From: an uncultured Bacteroidota bacterium
GTDB lineage: Bacteria; Bacteroidota; Bacteroidia; Cytophagales; Cyclobacteriaceae
Assembly (NCBI GenBank): GCA_963714945.1
Contig: CAVQQL010000025.1
Span: forward strand, 21,188 to 85,187
Direction of reading: 5' to 3'
DNA: 64,000 nt
Shown: positions 60,427 to 64,000 of the stretch, one piece after another
Layout of the letters: every line of letters starts with the position of its first letter
Position numbering within the stretch: the stretch's first letter is position 1
Notes under the pieces: generated by a model
Databases searched by the model: none
Seen by the model: the letters and a program-made list of their open reading frames with translations, nothing else
What the model was told of the DNA's origin: nothing
Made by a program: the position numbers and the translations under genes

Positions 60427-62835
60427 TTACAGCTCCACGATAACCCCAAGTGTCGGAAGAAATTGTCCGTATGTGCTCTGAATATATTTTGGTAAGTAGT
60501 AATCAGCGTTTACTGGATCAATAACGGGCTGACCATTGGCGTCGCGTACGATATCGATGTTATCCTGGAATCTGGTAACTTGATTGTATGCGTTTTGAAC
60601 ATCAAAGTAGACGTCCAGACTCCAGCGTTTGAAGAAATATTTTTTGTCAATTCGAATATCAAGTTGATGGAATGCCGAGATACGTCGCGTATTTAACTGA
60701 TTGTAATCTGGCACGCCGTATGGCCTGACATTCCAATTATCTATAAGCACAGTCTGTTGGACGTTATACGGTGTATACGGGGCTCCACCAGTGAAGAGCC
60801 AACGGATGCCGATCTCCCAATTTCTGCCAAATTTTTTACCCCCAGTTAAGCTTACTAAGTTGCGGTTGTCCCAGGCCGAGGGGACATATATTCCATTCTT
60901 ATCCTGAAATTCGCTCCGCACCCACGTATATGACAAAAGGCCGTAGAACCCCTTGAACAACTTCTGCTGCAGTAAGAATTCTATACCATAACTTTTTCCT
61001 TTCGATGTAGAACTAACGGGAGCGTTGCCGATAATCCCAAAATCGGCACCCAGATTCGCCAGAGGAATTGAATCTTGCAGGAGAAATGGGTATTGATCGT
61101 AATGTTTGACGAACCCCTCTACTGTTATTCTTGAATTGAGTGGGAGATTGAATTCCAATCCCGCAACCAGATGATTACTGCGAATGTATTTTACATCGTT
61201 GTTCTTGTTGACCAATTCATTTGTTTGCGAGTCACGATACCCCAAGACCGTGTATGCAGGAAGCTGGTAATAGATCCCAGTATTGAAATTGGCGTTAATG
61301 GCTGGCGTCAACGCATAAGAAGCGGATATTCTTGGCGATAATTGGTCGAGCAAATTATTCATGTCGCCGGAATAATTGTTGGCGTCTGCCCGCACACCAA
61401 ATGATAGCGTCAGCCTGTCTTTTAACGTATGACTTACCTGTCCGAAAAACCCCCATTTATTGAAAGTCAGTAGCGACTTATAATCCACAACAACCAGTCC
61501 TTCCTGCGTTACGATCTTAGTGTAATCGCGCGTGTCGTATTTGACATATTCGTAGTTAACACCGTAGTTTAGTTTCCAATTGTTCTGCGCCCAATAATCT
61601 TCCAGTCGCATCCGATTTTCGGTCTCGCGTGATTGGTAGTCCTGCACTAGGTTTTCGGGATCGGATGCATCATTTCCCTGATACTTTATTGACGCGTTGT
61701 TGAGGGCATTCCGGCTTAAGAACAATGAAGTAATTCCATGTTTTCGGAAGTGTTCATATTTCAACCCCGCTGTATAATTCCATTGTGTTGAGACTGGCAA
61801 TAGATTCAGAATGTATTCTGCTTCTTCTTTGTCCGCGGGTGTTTTGGCGTTTTCTGGAGCATCGTAGTTAAGAGAAAAATCATCAACGGCACCTATTCCC
61901 AAAACAGTAAGTTGATTTTTGTCGTCGATTTTATATTTGTATTTGAATTGCAGGTCATTGTACACCGGCAGGAATGGCAGGTTAAAAATGCCGAAAAGAA
62001 ATTTCAAATAGGATCTGCGCACTGAAAAAACGAGCGTTGATTTGGGCGTAACGGGACCATCAAAGGTAAGACCGACATCGCTTGCGCCGACAATTGCGTT
62101 CATCGTCCATTTATCGTCACGACCGTCTTTTAGCCGGAAGTCGAATACCGAACTCATGGTATTACCGCGGTTGGCCGGGAAGGCCCCGGAATAAAAGTTC
62201 ACTTCTTTTAGCAAGTCAACATTTATTATCCCTACTGGGCCGCCAGATGATCCCTGGGTTTGGAAATGATTTATCACCGGAATCTGAATACCATCGAGGT
62301 AAAACGTATTTTCACTGGGCGCGCCGCCGCGAATAATAATATCGTTCCTGAAGGATGGGGTTGATGCCACCCCTGGAAAACTTCTTACAACCTTCGAAAT
62401 ATCTCGATTTCCGCCCGGTGTGCGCTTGATTTCCGCAGTACCGATCGTTCTTAGCGATAACGGTGACTCGTCCGATTTGATAAAGGAATTTGACGCAGTC
62501 ACCACTACTTCTTCCAGTGTTTGCGCTTCCTCTTCCAGCCCGAAATCAACAAAGGCAATCCTGGCATTCGTTACCTGTACCTCAAAGACCACTAATGGTT
62601 TGAATCCAACAAAAGAGGCCTCCAGATTGTATTGGCCAGGCTCCAGGTTCTTAATTTCATACTCGCCCTCTTCATTTGCGGCCGCACCGATGGTTGTGCC
62701 TTGTATGATGACATTGCCGAATGGGACAGCCTCATTACTAATTTTGTTAAAAAGCTTACCCTTAATAATACCCTGTTGGCCAAAGCTGGATGCCGAAATA
62801 GCGAGGCCACAGATTAATATAGAGAGCTTTTCCAC
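60427..62835 (-). CDS. TonB-dependent receptor
   Basis: CarboxypepD-like N-domain, LEEVVV, PG..RD, IIRGG..EN.FYLDG, F.ANRGN..SSV, RRSY, LDIRIDK, DVQN.YN; GTG start. Confidence 0.93.
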   Translation of the reverse strand: MEKLSILICGLAISASSFGQQGIIKGKLFNKISNEAVPFGNVIIQGTTIGAAANEEGEYEIKNLEPGQYNLEASFVGFKPLVVFEVQVTNARIAFVDFGLEEEAQTLEEVVVTASNSFIKSDESPLSLRTIGTAEIKRTPGGNRDISKVVRSFPGVASTPSFRNDIIIRGGAPSENTFYLDGIQIPVINHFQTQGSSGGPVGIINVDLLKEVNFYSGAFPANRGNTMSSVFDFRLKDGRDDKWTMNAIVGASDVGLTFDGPVTPKSTLVFSVRRSYLKFLFGIFNLPFLPVYNDLQFKYKYKIDDKNQLTVLGIGAVDDFSLNYDAPENAKTPADKEEAEYILNLLPVSTQWNYTAGLKYEHFRKHGITSLFLSRNALNNASIKYQGNDASDPENLVQDYQSRETENRMRLEDYWAQNNWKLNYGVNYEYVKYDTRDYTKIVTQEGLVVVDYKSLLTFNKWGFFGQVSHTLKDRLTLSFGVRADANNYSGDMNNLLDQLSPRISASYALTPAINANFNTGIYYQLPAYTVLGYRDSQTNELVNKNNDVKYIRSNHLVAGLEFNLPLNSRITVEGFVKHYDQYPFLLQDSIPLANLGADFGIIGNAPVSSTSKGKSYGIEFLLQQKLFKGFYGLLSYTWVRSEFQDKNGIYVPSAWDNRNLVSLTGGKKFGRNWEIGIRWLFTGGAPYTPYNVQQTVLIDNWNVRPYGVPDYNQLNTRRISAFHQLDIRIDKKYFFKRWSLDVYFDVQNAYNQVTRFQDNIDIVRDANGQPVIDPVNADYYLPKYIQSTYGQFLPTLGVIVEL

Positions 62836-62984
62836 AGTTCTTAATTATTAAGAAAGTATAACAACAGGAACGCCAAATAGTTGAACTAAAGTAAGCACTC
62901 AAGATCAATCATTTTTGGAATGATGGGCTTTAATTCAACCCGCTTATCCTATGTTAAGAATACAAAGAGCGATACATTTGCCTT

Positions 62985-63287
62985 ATGTATCTGTATAATG
63001 TCACAGTTGGTATTGATAAAGGTGTTGAGCAAGAATGGCTTCAATGGATGAGGGATGATCACATTCCAAATGTGATGGGCACAGGCATGTTTTTTGATTA
63101 TAAGATATATAAAGTCCTTCATGACCAGGAAGAAGGCAGTGTTTCCTACAGTGTTCAATACTTCGCAGAAACGATTAATCACGTTACCGAATATTTTGAA
63201 AAGTTTGCACCAGCCATAATTGAGAGGCATCGCGCGCGATTCATGGATAGACATGTGGCCTTTATGACGCTCCTTGAGGAAGTTTAG
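62985..63287 (+). CDS. DUF4286 family protein
   Basis: YNVT, EWLQWM..HIP.VM.TG.F, YSVQY, F.TLLE. Confidence 0.9.
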   Translation: MYLYNVTVGIDKGVEQEWLQWMRDDHIPNVMGTGMFFDYKIYKVLHDQEEGSVSYSVQYFAETINHVTEYFEKFAPAIIERHRARFMDRHVAFMTLLEEV

Positions 63288-63350
63288 CTTTCGGAGAGCA
63301 GTTAAGTTCCGATTGCTCTGGCAATCTTCTTTAAACAAGGGCCGGCCATA

Positions 63351-63833
63351 TTAGTCCTGCAGCAGCGTTTGGATTTGTTTTCTTTCCAGTGAGCAGTTTA
63401 TCCACTCGGCATCAAGCTTTGATTGATATTTTTTATAAAAGGTTATTGCTGGCTCATTCCAATCTAATACTTGCCACATCATACCGGTACAACGTTCATC
63501 TAATGCGTGTTGCATGGTCCGGTCAAATAATAATTTCCCGATACCTTTTCCGCGTGCCTGTGCAGTTACAATAATATCCTCCAAATAGAGTCTTTTCCCT
63601 TTCCACGTTGAGTAGCGCCAATAATAGAGGGAAAGGCCCACAATTCCGTTATCATTTTCGGCGACAAAAAAACCATAAATTGGATTTGGACCGAACCCAT
63701 CTGACTCCATCTGCGCTACGGTGTTAACTACTTCGTGCAGCGCTTTTTCAAACTCGGCGAGCTCCTTAATGAGCTCTAATGCACGGGGCAAGTCTTCTAT
63801 CTTGCCATGCCGAATGGTTGCTGGTTTATCCAT
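63351..63833 (-). CDS. GNAT N-acetyltransferase (diamine acetyltransferase-like)
   Basis: LIKELAEFEK, YSTWKG..LYLED..V..ARGKGIG, WQVLDWNEPAI.FY. Confidence 0.92.
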   Translation of the reverse strand: MDKPATIRHGKIEDLPRALELIKELAEFEKALHEVVNTVAQMESDGFGPNPIYGFFVAENDNGIVGLSLYYWRYSTWKGKRLYLEDIIVTAQARGKGIGKLLFDRTMQHALDERCTGMMWQVLDWNEPAITFYKKYQSKLDAEWINCSLERKQIQTLLQD

Positions 63834-64000
63834 AGCGTAAACATTGGTGTCTTAAAAACACATTGACAGTAATAAAAGGAACACTACATATCCTTTTTTG
63901 CAAGCGGCGGAATAATACCCATGTTAAACCATGTGAAAGCGTATTGATCGACAACTGCGTCAATTGCTTTGGAGAGATTTGAAGAGCCGTGTCCTGACTT

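Noticed and set aside
1-64000. Mobile elements, prophage, defence systems, rRNA/tRNA
   Set aside because: I found no integrase, transposase, phage, nuclease or reverse-transcriptase ORFs, no terminal repeats and no recognisable structural RNA genes.

Overview
Chromosomal segment of a Bacteroidota bacterium, most likely Cytophagales. Evidence: TAnnTTTG -7 promoter elements, a MurF-Alr fusion, three TonB-dependent receptors, a PD40/OmpA protein, DUF4783-nadC synteny and YpdA. The window is gene-dense and mostly housekeeping (nadC, recX, gpmI, purK/purE, feoAB, alr, corA, metK, gltX). I see no rRNA, tRNA, CRISPR array, integrase or transposase. About ten genes are split by single-base indels, mostly +1, which most likely reflect assembly errors, so they were reconstructed by hand. 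The most interesting locus is a four-gene small-molecule cluster at 34.9-38.8 kb: flavoprotein, UbiA prenyltransferase, type III PKS and class I methyltransferase. This is the enzyme set of prenylated alkyl-(hydro)quinone pathways such as Actinoplanes agqABCD. Other points of interest: an orphan HisA-like gene lacking the N-terminal catalytic Asp; an unannotated ~53-aa protein ending DFGGLAERDLKKNLGCG; a TerB/LETM1-like protein convergent on terC; a Fur-box-like palindrome on feoAB; and a structured ~480-bp intergenic region at 12.8-13.3 kb. Family assignments come from recognising motifs by eye, not from database searches.
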